64,000 nt of DNA from Candidatus Poseidoniales archaeon (GTDB taxonomy: Archaea; Thermoplasmatota; Poseidoniia; MGIII; CG-Epi1), in NCBI GenBank assembly GCA_045567855.1, contig JBJLCC010000038.1:108-64107 (forward strand). The letters are read 5' to 3'. Shown here in pieces: positions 19,499 through 28,834 of this stretch (position 1 is the stretch's first letter; every line of letters begins with the position of its first letter). Position numbers and translations under genes: made by a program. The notes under the pieces are model-generated. The model was not told the origin of the DNA and did not search any database. It worked only from the letters and a program-made list of their open reading frames with translations.

Positions 19499-20140
19499 AT
19501 GTCATTGAAAATTTTGCAAATTCCAGTAGGCCCTCTAGAGATGAATGCTACACTAGTAATGGATGAAGAATCGAAAGAAACTATATTTTTTGATCCTGGA
19601 GATGAAATTGAAAAAATACTTAAGGTTGCTGAACTAGAGAAAATGGAAATAACTCGCCTAATTGCAACACATTGTCATATTGATCACATCGCTGGAAGCA
19701 ACGAGGCCATGGAAAAATTACAATTGAGATTAGAAATATCGCCAATAGGTGTTAGTATGCTTGGTAATGTAGGACCTATTGCAGCATCATTTGGATACCA
19801 GATCTCAAAAATCAAACACGGTGGATTATTAAATGAGGGTGATAAAGTTACGGTGGGCAATACTACTTTTGATATTCTACATTGTCCTGGTCACAGTCCC
19901 GATTCATTATGCTTCTACACTGACGGTATACTCATAGGTGGCGATGTTATATTCAAAGGCTCAGTAGGAAGAACTGATTTGCCTGGGGGAAATCCTAACG
20001 AACTTATGAAAAGTATAAAAGAAAAGATATTGCCTTTGCCAAATAATACGATAATATATCCTGGACATGGGCCTGAGACTTTCCTTGAGGATGAGAAGAA
20101 AAATAACCCTTTCATTACTGGAAGAGTCAACTTGATGTAG
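19499..20140 (+). CDS. MBL-fold metallo-hydrolase (glyoxalase II-like)
   Basis: 213 aa. THCHIDHIAG (the HxHxDH motif), HCPGHSPDS and GDVIFKGSVGRTDLPGG are present. Confidence 0.88.
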   Translation: MSLKILQIPVGPLEMNATLVMDEESKETIFFDPGDEIEKILKVAELEKMEITRLIATHCHIDHIAGSNEAMEKLQLRLEISPIGVSMLGNVGPIAASFGYQISKIKHGGLLNEGDKVTVGNTTFDILHCPGHSPDSLCFYTDGILIGGDVIFKGSVGRTDLPGGNPNELMKSIKEKILPLPNNTIIYPGHGPETFLEDEKKNNPFITGRVNLM

Positions 20141-20141
20141 T

Positions 20142-21623
20142 ATGACATATAGAAACTATAACAAGAAAGTAGAAAAAATCCGTAATGTTATTCAAAACAA
20201 TAAAAAATTAATTACAACTAGTAGGAAAGGGCATAATCATCGAGATTTACAATTCAAGAATAACCAGAATAAAGTTGATACGTCACGATTGAGTTCCATA
20301 TTGTCCATAGAAAAAGACTTTATTGATTGTGAAGCCTCTGTAAGCGTAGGTCAGATAAATAGGAAAACTATACCTAAAAAGAAAATGGTACCTTCGTTGC
20401 CTGAAGGTGATAATTTTACAGTAGGTGGATGTTTAGGTGGCTTAGCTTTAGGCTCTAATTCTTATATCCATGGATTTTTTAATAATAATGTTATAGATTT
20501 CGATGTTATACTCGGTAATGGAAACCTTGTTAGAAATGTTTCAAAAAAAAATCATTCAGACTTGTATTACGGTATTGGAGGAACATATGGCACTATGGGA
20601 ATTATCACAAGAGTCAAAATGAAGCTAATTGATTGCGAAAATTATGTGAAAATAAATTATCTACACTATAAATCGTTTGATGAATTTTATTCCGATTTTT
20701 CAATGAAAATAAAAGAACAAAAAGATAATTTCATTGAAGCTTTTGTAAATAGTAAAAATGATTTCACTATTGTATGTGCTAATTTTGTTAAAGAGGTTAG
20801 AAAAGAAGAAATACTAATCATAAAAGATAAAAGTATTCTAAAACAAAGGCACATGTGCATCTATGCCCAGATAGCAAATAAAAAAGATTTTAATTATTTG
20901 AGACTCGTAGATTATTTAGAAAGATACAGTTATTCTGCTTTTTGGGGTCATTACCTTTACACTCCATATAAATTAAGAGATTATCTCTACGCAGGACTAG
21001 TTTATTCTTTAATTCCTAGAAAAATGATTCAAGGTGACGGATTAAATGTTGGTAAATATTTCTTAGCTGCTAATCAAATTGTAGGAGATTATGCGAGAGA
21101 CGAGCACGTCCTTACTACAGACATCGGCGTACCGCTATCTAATTTGAAGAAAGCTTTGGAATTAGTTGATGAAATGACTGAAACGTATCCTCTGTGGATT
21201 TGCCCGAGCAAAGACAATTACCATCCTGATAAGACATTCAGTACAAGGAGAAAAGATATTTGTGAAGATAACATAATCATAGACGTAGGAATTTACGGCA
21301 TTAAAAATAGTAATATTGATTCAAAAATTATAAATCAGACCTTTGAAAAGTTTTCTTTTGCTAATGGCGTGTTTAAAGGATTTTTTTCAACGTGCTATTT
21401 TGATTACAACCAATTTTGGGAACACTTTGATAAAAATAAATATGACCAATTAAGGGAAAAGTACCACGCTAGTAGCAATTTTATGGACATTTATGAAAAG
21501 ATTACATATAGAAATGACTCAAAGAAAATTGCCAGAAATACACTAAGAAGCAAACTCTTTACATTTTTTGGAAAAGGATATCTAAGGCAAATAAATATGA
21601 ATAAGAAAAAATTAATAAAATAA
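20142..21623 (+). CDS. FAD-dependent oxidoreductase resembling delta(24)-sterol reductase (DHCR24/DIMINUTO family)
   Basis: 493 aa. LPEGDNFTVGGCLGGLALGSNSYIHGFFNNNVIDFDVILGNGNLVRNVSKKNHSDLYYGIGGTYGTMGIITRVKMKLI aligns by eye with the DHCR24 segment [30 protein letters not shown]...ELVLADGSFV...NSDLFYAVPWSCGTLGFL. The gene is much more AT-rich than its neighbours. Confidence 0.65.
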   Translation: MTYRNYNKKVEKIRNVIQNNKKLITTSRKGHNHRDLQFKNNQNKVDTSRLSSILSIEKDFIDCEASVSVGQINRKTIPKKKMVPSLPEGDNFTVGGCLGGLALGSNSYIHGFFNNNVIDFDVILGNGNLVRNVSKKNHSDLYYGIGGTYGTMGIITRVKMKLIDCENYVKINYLHYKSFDEFYSDFSMKIKEQKDNFIEAFVNSKNDFTIVCANFVKEVRKEEILIIKDKSILKQRHMCIYAQIANKKDFNYLRLVDYLERYSYSAFWGHYLYTPYKLRDYLYAGLVYSLIPRKMIQGDGLNVGKYFLAANQIVGDYARDEHVLTTDIGVPLSNLKKALELVDEMTETYPLWICPSKDNYHPDKTFSTRRKDICEDNIIIDVGIYGIKNSNIDSKIINQTFEKFSFANGVFKGFFSTCYFDYNQFWEHFDKNKYDQLREKYHASSNFMDIYEKITYRNDSKKIARNTLRSKLFTFFGKGYLRQINMNKKKLIK

Positions 21624-21626
21624 ATC

Positions 21627-22235
21627 ATGGATGCACTAATCGTAGGAAACAGGCCGCTGAGTAAAAGTATAATTGAATTGTCTAGAAATAAGTTAATTGT
21701 TGCCGCTGACGGAGGCGCTGATAGACTTCTTGAGTATGAAATATTGCCAGATAAAGTAATAGGTGACTTAGATTCGATTTCTGATAAAACGGCTACAAAG
21801 CTGGAAGATTGGTTAATATTAAACAAAGATATTCAAAAAACCGATTTAGAGAAAGCTGTAGAGTATGCTATTGAAAGAGGTTCAAAGAAAATTAAAATTG
21901 TAGGGTGGTCAGGAGGAAGAATTGATCATACAATTGCTGCTTTAGGTCTAGCTTTTGACTCTCGAATTGAACTTATTGATGATAAATTCACAGTAAAATG
22001 TATTTCAGATTTAGAAATCATAGAAGATGAAAAAGGCACCTTATTTTCACTAATTTCGGTCCCTGAAGCCAGAGTTAGTATTGAGGGGGCAAGATGGGAA
22101 TTAGATCATGAAAAACTGAAAATGGGAGGAAGAGGAATTCATAATGAAATCGGCGAATCTGGAAAAGTGGAAATCCAGTGTCACAGTGGAAATGTACTCC
22201 TTATCCGCGGAAATTTTGTTTTGTTTCACCAATGA
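21627..22235 (+). CDS. thiamine pyrophosphokinase
   Basis: 202 aa. LIVAADGGADRLLEYEILPDKVIGDLDSIS, ...KTDLEKAVEYA... and GWSGGRIDHTIAAL are TPK catalytic-domain motifs. A thiamine-binding-like C-terminal domain is present. Confidence 0.85.
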   Translation: MDALIVGNRPLSKSIIELSRNKLIVAADGGADRLLEYEILPDKVIGDLDSISDKTATKLEDWLILNKDIQKTDLEKAVEYAIERGSKKIKIVGWSGGRIDHTIAALGLAFDSRIELIDDKFTVKCISDLEIIEDEKGTLFSLISVPEARVSIEGARWELDHEKLKMGGRGIHNEIGESGKVEIQCHSGNVLLIRGNFVLFHQ

Positions 22236-22244
22236 TAAGATAAG

Positions 22245-22838
22245 CTATATCTTTGACAAATCAATCATTCTATCAGAAAAAAGCTTAGCTTCCTCTATGT
22301 TATGAGTTACTAATATTGCAGGACAGCTACGATCTTTAAGCAAAGCTCTCACATCACTTATTAATTTAATTGACATGTCTAAATCTAACGCACTAAATGG
22401 CTCATCTAACAATAAGACATTTGGATTCGCAAGGAGAGCTCTAGCGAGAGCTACTCTCTGTCCCTCACCTCCTGACAAAGTATCTACATCTCTATCTTCA
22501 AAGTTAGGCAAACCTACTTCGACGAGAGCTTTATCATGATTATTAAATGAAGCAAGTGAAAGATTTCCGGAAACTGATAAATGAGGATAAAGAACCGGTT
22601 TCTGAAAAAGTAAACCAATACCACGCTCTTCTGCTGGAATTTTAGTTATGTCATCACCATTCAACAATATTTTGCCCGAATCTAACTCTTCAAGGCCGCA
22701 AATACATCTTAAAAGCGTAGTTTTACCACAGCCCGAAGGACCTATTATTGCTAATATTTCTCCTTTTTCAAGATTTATGTTCAATTCATTAAAGAGAATT
22801 TTACCATATTTTTTAGACAAATTAAGACAGCTTAGCAT
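22245..22838 (-). CDS. thiQ: ABC transporter ATP-binding subunit (thiamine importer ThiQ-like)
   Basis: 197 aa with Walker A GPSGCGKTT, signature LSGGEGQRVALARAL and Walker B LLLDEPFSALD. The thiamine assignment comes from context (ThiB-like SBP, ThiR-like regulator, TPK). Confidence 0.75.
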   Translation of the reverse strand: MLSCLNLSKKYGKILFNELNINLEKGEILAIIGPSGCGKTTLLRCICGLEELDSGKILLNGDDITKIPAEERGIGLLFQKPVLYPHLSVSGNLSLASFNNHDKALVEVGLPNFEDRDVDTLSGGEGQRVALARALLANPNVLLLDEPFSALDLDMSIKLISDVRALLKDRSCPAILVTHNIEEAKLFSDRMIDLSKI

Positions 22839-24508
22839 CAGAACATACCTCTGTCTTTAGTATTTCTAAATTTTTCAACTATCAAGAATAGAATCATTGT
22901 AATTAACATAAGTACCGTAGCAACTGCATTCGAGGATGGAACCGTAAGTGGATCTTTCATAGGTTTGCCTCTTAAAGAATCTATTAGTAAAGGAAGAGTT
23001 ATCCATTCTGAATTACGAGCAACAATAAAGGAAGCTCCAAATTCACCCAAAGACATAGCTAATGTAAAAACCGTAGCAACTAGAATGGAACCTTTCATCA
23101 ACGGCAATTTAATCTTAAAGAATCTGCTAAAATTACTCATTCCCAAGACTTTAGCATTCTCATCGTAACTTAAATCAAAGGAACGCAAAGCCGGTAAGAT
23201 TATTCGGACTACAAAAGGGACTGTGATTATAACATGAGCAAGAACTGGTAAAAAACGAAAATCATATGCTGCGCTCGGGTTAAGTTTGATTATACCTAAC
23301 ATGACACCTAATCCAATCATAGCCGCACTTAGAGCAAAAGGTAACATTGTGTATATTTCTAATATTCTAGATAAATTAGAATTGTTTTCCTCAAGCTGAT
23401 GTATCGTTGATGCTAAAATGTATCCTAAAGGTAATGCAATAATTAAGGTTCCAAATGAATAAATTAATGAGTTGAATAAAGCTTCCGAAAGAGGTGGGAA
23501 TGAATATGATCCTTGGAAGGCTTCAGACCAGCCTTCTGTACTCCACTTAAATGAATTTGAATTCTCACTCACATCTCTAACTCGAAATGAACCCAGAATT
23601 ACTGAAATAATAGGTAATTGCACGAAAAAAATAGCAGGTGCTAAAACAATCCAACCTTTATTATTTTTATTTTGAACAAATGATTCACTCGCTTGTTGCC
23701 ATTTTATTTGCCTCCTTTGTTGTAAAAAAGACATTAGCCAAAGAGAGGCCAAAAGTACTAAAAATTGAATAAGAGAGGCTCCAAGAACAATATCAGAAGA
23801 TGATTCCATGTAGCCTTGAATTCCTGCTGAAGAAGATACTTCAGCCATAGTACTTTCAAGTGTTTTATCTCTTACTGTAATCCACTTAACAAGTGCAAAA
23901 GAAGTAAATGAAAAAACGAAAGTCATGCATGATGCTGCAGCAATCGCAGGTGTCAAAATAGGTATCCATAAATTTTTTAACCTTGAGAAAAAAGTAACGC
24001 CATTAGGTAATAGCAATAATTGTTCTTCAAAATTAGGGTTTAACGTTGATAGAACGGGTTCACAAAATCGAATTATTAAAGCAATATTAAACCAAGCATG
24101 AGAAAAAATCAAAGTCCACCACCAAGTAGATTCGTCAGTCCTAACGTCTAATCCATATGGTCCTGTAATGGTCAAAAAACCCATGGCTGCAATAATAGCC
24201 GGAATAACAAAAGGCAATGTTAGAATTGACCTCAAAAAAGACTTTAAAGGCCAACTATACCTCCCTAAGACCCAGGCTATGGGAAAACCAATTAATACAG
24301 TTAGAATTGTTGAGAAAAAAGCCTGAACAAAAGTAAAAGCGATACTATTTTGTGATACATAGTTTTGATCTATTGATTGAACCCATGATATAGGATTAAA
24401 ACCAGATACTAAGATTAGTCTATCAATAGCAAAAATAATTGGAATAATTGTAATTGCAGAATATATGAAAACTGCCAAAATACTAAAAAACTTTTGGGAA
24501 TTAGTCAC
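22838..24508 (-). CDS. thiP: ABC transporter permease, duplicated BPD-type (ThiP-like)
   Basis: 556 aa with about 12 TM helices in two homologous halves, typical of ThiP / Fe(III)-type fused permeases. It overlaps thiQ by 1 nt and thiB by 8 nt. Confidence 0.75.
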   Translation of the reverse strand: MTNSQKFFSILAVFIYSAITIIPIIFAIDRLILVSGFNPISWVQSIDQNYVSQNSIAFTFVQAFFSTILTVLIGFPIAWVLGRYSWPLKSFLRSILTLPFVIPAIIAAMGFLTITGPYGLDVRTDESTWWWTLIFSHAWFNIALIIRFCEPVLSTLNPNFEEQLLLLPNGVTFFSRLKNLWIPILTPAIAAASCMTFVFSFTSFALVKWITVRDKTLESTMAEVSSSAGIQGYMESSSDIVLGASLIQFLVLLASLWLMSFLQQRRQIKWQQASESFVQNKNNKGWIVLAPAIFFVQLPIISVILGSFRVRDVSENSNSFKWSTEGWSEAFQGSYSFPPLSEALFNSLIYSFGTLIIALPLGYILASTIHQLEENNSNLSRILEIYTMLPFALSAAMIGLGVMLGIIKLNPSAAYDFRFLPVLAHVIITVPFVVRIILPALRSFDLSYDENAKVLGMSNFSRFFKIKLPLMKGSILVATVFTLAMSLGEFGASFIVARNSEWITLPLLIDSLRGKPMKDPLTVPSSNAVATVLMLITMILFLIVEKFRNTKDRGMF

Positions 24509-25610
24509 TTTTAATCATTGCTTCATTCCACTCTTCAAGCCAAATCTCCATATTTTTGCCAATATCTATGTTAGATATGACTGCTGGATTGGATGGAATT
24601 ATTGAATTAAAGCGATAACCATTTTCTAATGGTAAATTTTGCCCTTCCAAAACTGAATACATTAAATTTTCAACCGGCATTTGTGAATTAACTTCTGAAG
24701 AAATGAGATACTCAATAAACTTTTCTGCATTTTCTGAATTTCCTCCCTTAATTGCTGTGGCGTACTCCACTTGGAAGAAAGCTGTCTTGTCAATATCAAG
24801 CGAGGCTGATTTTGTCCAATTACCATTGTACCATGACTCTACGCCTGGAGAGTGACAATAAGATACGGTAATGTGTGCATCTCCGATATACCCTTCAGTA
24901 TATTCTCCATAACCTCCAGTATAATGTGTTTCATAGGCTTCTGACCAACCTGAGGTTATGATTGCATCATTATCTTTCATAGCTGTCCACCAATTACTAA
25001 AATCTTCTTCATTATTTTGCCAGTCGAAATAATCAAGAGTAGCGAGCATAAATCCTCGCCCTGGACTGCTTGTAACTGGTGAAGGGAGTGCTACTTTTCC
25101 CTTCCATTCTGGCTCTGTAAGGTTCCACAAACTTGTAGGTATTGTAAAGTTTAATCCATCGACAATACTTGAATCATAGTTAAGGCAGATAAATCCCATA
25201 TCAAATGGAGTCGCTAAATTTCCATCGTAGGGATCCAGAGCTTGCATTTCACCAGATGAATTTCTTCCTGAGATTGAATCTTGGATAATACTAACCTCTT
25301 CAAGAAGGTCCATTTCAATAGCCGTTGGAAGATAAGTATTGTCTAGACCAATCGCTAAATCGACATTACCTGCTCCTTTGTTCTGAATCAAATAACTAAG
25401 AATAGAACCTGAATCTTCGACCTTAATCATCTTAACTTCTAAACCTGTACTATTTTCAAACGTAGAGATCATGCTGTCAGATAAAGCGTTAACATCATAG
25501 GTTAAGATAACTAGCTCCTTATCGTTCTCATCATCTGAAATACACCCTGAAAAAGAAGGTAATAAAATTAAACAAGTAATCATTAACTTACTAAAATATG
25601 GAAAATTCAT
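24501..25610 (-). CDS. thiB: thiamine-binding ABC substrate-binding lipoprotein (ThiB/TbpA-like)
   Basis: I place the start at the internal Met 25610 (MNFPYFSKLMITCLILLPSFSGCISDD: signal peptide plus a lipobox-like SGC). LVILTYDVNAL...VDLAIGLDNTYLPTA resembles E. coli ThiB (VVLGLDNNLLDAA). Its ATG overlaps the thiR stop (ATGA). Confidence 0.75.
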   Translation of the reverse strand: MNFPYFSKLMITCLILLPSFSGCISDDENDKELVILTYDVNALSDSMISTFENSTGLEVKMIKVEDSGSILSYLIQNKGAGNVDLAIGLDNTYLPTAIEMDLLEEVSIIQDSISGRNSSGEMQALDPYDGNLATPFDMGFICLNYDSSIVDGLNFTIPTSLWNLTEPEWKGKVALPSPVTSSPGRGFMLATLDYFDWQNNEEDFSNWWTAMKDNDAIITSGWSEAYETHYTGGYGEYTEGYIGDAHITVSYCHSPGVESWYNGNWTKSASLDIDKTAFFQVEYATAIKGGNSENAEKFIEYLISSEVNSQMPVENLMYSVLEGQNLPLENGYRFNSIIPSNPAVISNIDIGKNMEIWLEEWNEAMIKSD

Positions 25611-26422
25611 GCCATCGCCCTCATGGAAGAAGCTATATTTTCTACAATCCGGCAAACTGTATCAGAATCTGAGCTAAAGATATACAATGATGGCTCAAAA
25701 CCGTACCCACCTTCGTCTATCATAGCATTTGATTTTAAAACATTCTTGCTAATCACTAAATCCTCATCACTTCTTTTTAGTTTAACGAATTTTAAATCTA
25801 GTTTTTCAAGAACTTCTGATATTATAGGGTCCCATCTAAGATTTATTATTGTAGATATTTCAGAATCCAGTTTCTTTAATTCTAGCAACAGATCAGACAA
25901 GTGAGAAGAACCTCCAAATTTTGGAGATGAAATAGGGCGTGCCTTGTTTCCAACTGGCGTTAAACGACCAGGGAATGCAGCAATATCTGATTTACTCACA
26001 GCCTCATTAGAGGCTATTGCTATGTTGACACGTACCTGAGGAGAAAGTAAAGGTAAAGCAGATTCTAAACGCCTGCGCACAGCTGTTAATTGGCTAAGAA
26101 TTTGTTCTTTGTCATCTTGTAAAGGAAAATTAATACTAATTACTTGTTCATCAACATTAATCTTGAGCGACCATTTAGATACTTCTTGTGATTTTAGAAT
26201 ATCTGCTAATGACATAGAGGCTTCTTGCAAGTTACTTTCTATTGGCTCGCTGTATTTTTTAGGTAAAGTGTGCAGATAGTTACCGGCCATTACCTGACTA
26301 ACACCTAATGCCTTACCTAAATTAGACTGAGTCCAACCTTCATCTGACAAGATTCTACAAGTCCTCCCTCTCAACTCTTTAATCAAAGTTCCGTTTAATT
26401 CCGCAGGCATCATATTAATCAT
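25607..26422 (-). CDS. thiR: ThiR-type regulator: N-terminal HTH fused to a ThiN-like (thiamine-phosphate-synthase-like) ligand domain
   Basis: 271 aa. The HTH is GWTQSNLGKALGVSQVMAGNYL. The C-terminal domain has VRVNIAIASNEAVSKSDIAAFPGRL...GGSSHLSDLLLEL...DEGGYGFEPSLYIF, typical of ThiN domains. It is the first gene of the thiR-thiBPQ string. Confidence 0.7.
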   Translation of the reverse strand: MINMMPAELNGTLIKELRGRTCRILSDEGWTQSNLGKALGVSQVMAGNYLHTLPKKYSEPIESNLQEASMSLADILKSQEVSKWSLKINVDEQVISINFPLQDDKEQILSQLTAVRRRLESALPLLSPQVRVNIAIASNEAVSKSDIAAFPGRLTPVGNKARPISSPKFGGSSHLSDLLLELKKLDSEISTIINLRWDPIISEVLEKLDLKFVKLKRSDEDLVISKNVLKSNAMIDEGGYGFEPSLYIFSSDSDTVCRIVENIASSMRAMA

Positions 26423-26504
26423 TTATAATAATTAATAACTCATTTATAAAATTATGTAAAGCTTTTTCAAAGGCTTGGCTTGAATGGGAAATAGGTGAAC
26501 AAAT

Positions 26505-27818
26505 TTGGCTGAAAATATTCCTTTAGAAAAGCAACATTTAGATGAAATATTTAATGAAACTGGATTTAATTCAAGAAACTTGTCCATAAGAGAAACAAAT
26601 AGACTAGCTACTATAATTAACAAAAAACACAACATAGAATTTGTTAGGATGGAAATGGGAATCCCTAATATTCCTACTTCTGATATTGCTAAAAAAGCTG
26701 AAAAAGAAGCAATTGATAAAGGATTACAAGGATTTTATCCTCCATTCGATGGAATCCCTGAGTTGAAAAATGCAGGATGTGAATTTGCAAAGGCTTTCTT
26801 AGATTTGGACTTAGAAAATAAGCATATAATCCCTACATGCGGTTCACTGCAAGGTGGATACATTTCTCAAGCGCTAGCGGGAAATATGATAAAAGGCAAA
26901 AGAACCATTCTTTACTTGGATCCTACATTCCCTGTGACAAGATATCAAGCTAAATTTTTAGGACTTAAGTCTATCGGAATTGATTTATACGACTATAGAG
27001 GCGAAAAACTAATTAATGAGATAAAAAAGCATGTTCTAAATGACCAAATTGGTGGAATATTGTGGTCATCACCTAATAATCCTAGCTGGTCATGCCTTAA
27101 TGACTTTGAGCTAAAAGAAATTGCAGATATTTGCGATACTAACGAAATTCTCGCAATTGAAGATTTAGCTTATATCGGAATGGATTTTAGAAAAGATTAC
27201 TCTGTCCCATTTTCTAAGCCATTTATTCCAACAATTGGAAAATACGGTAAGAATTGGATTACGTTGGTATCTGCATCTAAAGCATTTTCATTTCCTGGAC
27301 CAAGGTGCGCTATTGCCATAATTTCACCACATATCAATGAAAAAAAATATGGCAACTTAAAAAAATTTTGCGACAGAGAACAATTTGGACATGCATTCTC
27401 GTTAGGCGGATTGTATGTCACTACTTCAGGAACAAGCCATACTGCTCAATATGGGCTAGCTAAAATGCTAGAAGCTGCAACGAGTGGAGAATTTAATTTC
27501 ATAGAAATCACGAGCGAATACGGAAGAAGAGCTGAAAAAGTAAAGGAAATTTTCTTAAAATATGGATTTAAACAAGTTTACAAAAAAGACATGGATGAAA
27601 CTGTTGGAAATGGTTTCTACTTAACAATGTCATATCCAGGATATGAAGGAAATGATCTTATGCTAGAATTGTTAAGATATGGAATATCTACTATAACTCT
27701 AAAATCAACCGGTTCTGTTAGACACGAAGGGCTACGCGTATGTATTTCTTTTATAGGGCTAGAACAGATGCCAACACTAGAAAAGAAATTACAAAAATTT
27801 ATGGAAGACCACAAATGA
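26505..27818 (+). CDS. PLP-dependent aminotransferase, class I/II
   Basis: 437 aa with fold-type I features (…FVRMEMGIPNIPT…, …YLDPTFPV…, …SASKAFSFPGPRCA… with the Schiff-base Lys in SASK). The start codon is uncertain (TTG 26505; the next in-frame TTG is at 26580). Substrate unknown. Confidence 0.75.
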   Translation: MAENIPLEKQHLDEIFNETGFNSRNLSIRETNRLATIINKKHNIEFVRMEMGIPNIPTSDIAKKAEKEAIDKGLQGFYPPFDGIPELKNAGCEFAKAFLDLDLENKHIIPTCGSLQGGYISQALAGNMIKGKRTILYLDPTFPVTRYQAKFLGLKSIGIDLYDYRGEKLINEIKKHVLNDQIGGILWSSPNNPSWSCLNDFELKEIADICDTNEILAIEDLAYIGMDFRKDYSVPFSKPFIPTIGKYGKNWITLVSASKAFSFPGPRCAIAIISPHINEKKYGNLKKFCDREQFGHAFSLGGLYVTTSGTSHTAQYGLAKMLEAATSGEFNFIEITSEYGRRAEKVKEIFLKYGFKQVYKKDMDETVGNGFYLTMSYPGYEGNDLMLELLRYGISTITLKSTGSVRHEGLRVCISFIGLEQMPTLEKKLQKFMEDHK

Positions 27819-28834
27819 AACCTGACGAAATTGATTATGATAATTTGACATTTTCGTTTACCGAGACAAAATCAATGTATGTTTCAAAATGTAAACTTGG
27901 CGAAGACTGGAAAAAAGGACAGTTAATTCCTTTTAATGACGTTAAAATTTCACCCGCAGCTACAATTCTGAATTATGGTCAAGGTCTATTTGAGGGCATG
28001 AAAGCTTACCGAACCAAAAGTGATGAAATCATTATGTTCCGTCCAGAAGAAAATGCCAAAAGAGCTGCAAATGGATGTTTAAGATTATCAATGCCTGAAA
28101 TCTCTGAAAGCGTATTCTTAGACGGAGTTACAAATGTCGTAAGAGACAACATTGATTATATTCCTAGTACGGAAAAGGGTGCACTCTATGTAAGACCAAT
28201 TGTTTTTGGTTCTGGAGAAGGCCTTGGAGTTGCTCCTTCTTCGGATTACACATTCATGGTGTACTGTTCCCCAGTTGGACCTTATTTCAAAGGAGGATTA
28301 ACTCCGATTAAGCTTATAGTAACTAATGATTACCATCGTGCACCTTTGAAAGGAACTGGAGGTGTGAAGGCTGTAGGAAACTACGTTCCCGGAATGCTTC
28401 CAAGTGGAATCGCAAAGAAACAAGGATATGCTGAAGTAATTTACCTAGACGCTGCAGAAGAGAAATATATTGAAGAAGTTGGAGCTGCAAACTTTTTTGC
28501 AATATTTGGAAATAAATTAGTCACACCAAACCTAACCGGTTCTATATTACCAGGAATAACAAGAGATTCAGTTCTATTTTTAGCTAAAAACGAACTAGAT
28601 ATGGAGGTAGAAGAAAGAAGAATTAGTATTGATGAAGTTATGAAAGCAGATGAAATCTTCTGTGCAGGTACTGCTGCAATTATCTCACCAATTGGATCAA
28701 TAAGATACAAAGATAATAAATACAATTTTTCGAATGGTGAAGTTGGTAAAATAACTAACAAATTGTATGATTTTTTAACAGACATACAATTTGGAAACAA
28801 AAACGACAGGTATGGATGGATTAAAAAATTATGA
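27815..28834 (+). CDS. ilvE: branched-chain amino acid aminotransferase (class IV)
   Basis: The ORF track starts at 27740. I use ATG 27815 (MKPDEIDYDNLTF...), which overlaps the upstream stop (ATGA). LNYGQGLFEGMKAYR, YVRPIVFG, GGVKAVGNY and AANFF are BCAT motifs. Confidence 0.85.
   Translation: MKPDEIDYDNLTFSFTETKSMYVSKCKLGEDWKKGQLIPFNDVKISPAATILNYGQGLFEGMKAYRTKSDEIIMFRPEENAKRAANGCLRLSMPEISESVFLDGVTNVVRDNIDYIPSTEKGALYVRPIVFGSGEGLGVAPSSDYTFMVYCSPVGPYFKGGLTPIKLIVTNDYHRAPLKGTGGVKAVGNYVPGMLPSGIAKKQGYAEVIYLDAAEEKYIEEVGAANFFAIFGNKLVTPNLTGSILPGITRDSVLFLAKNELDMEVEERRISIDEVMKADEIFCAGTAAIISPIGSIRYKDNKYNFSNGEVGKITNKLYDFLTDIQFGNKNDRYGWIKKL

Noticed and set aside
21627-26504. TPP riboswitch upstream of the thiamine transporter or TPK genes
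   Set aside because: No untranslated leader is long enough, because the genes abut or overlap. I could not find the conserved CUGAGA...ACCUGAUCUGGAUAAUGCCAGCG-type core in the 82-nt thiR upstream region.
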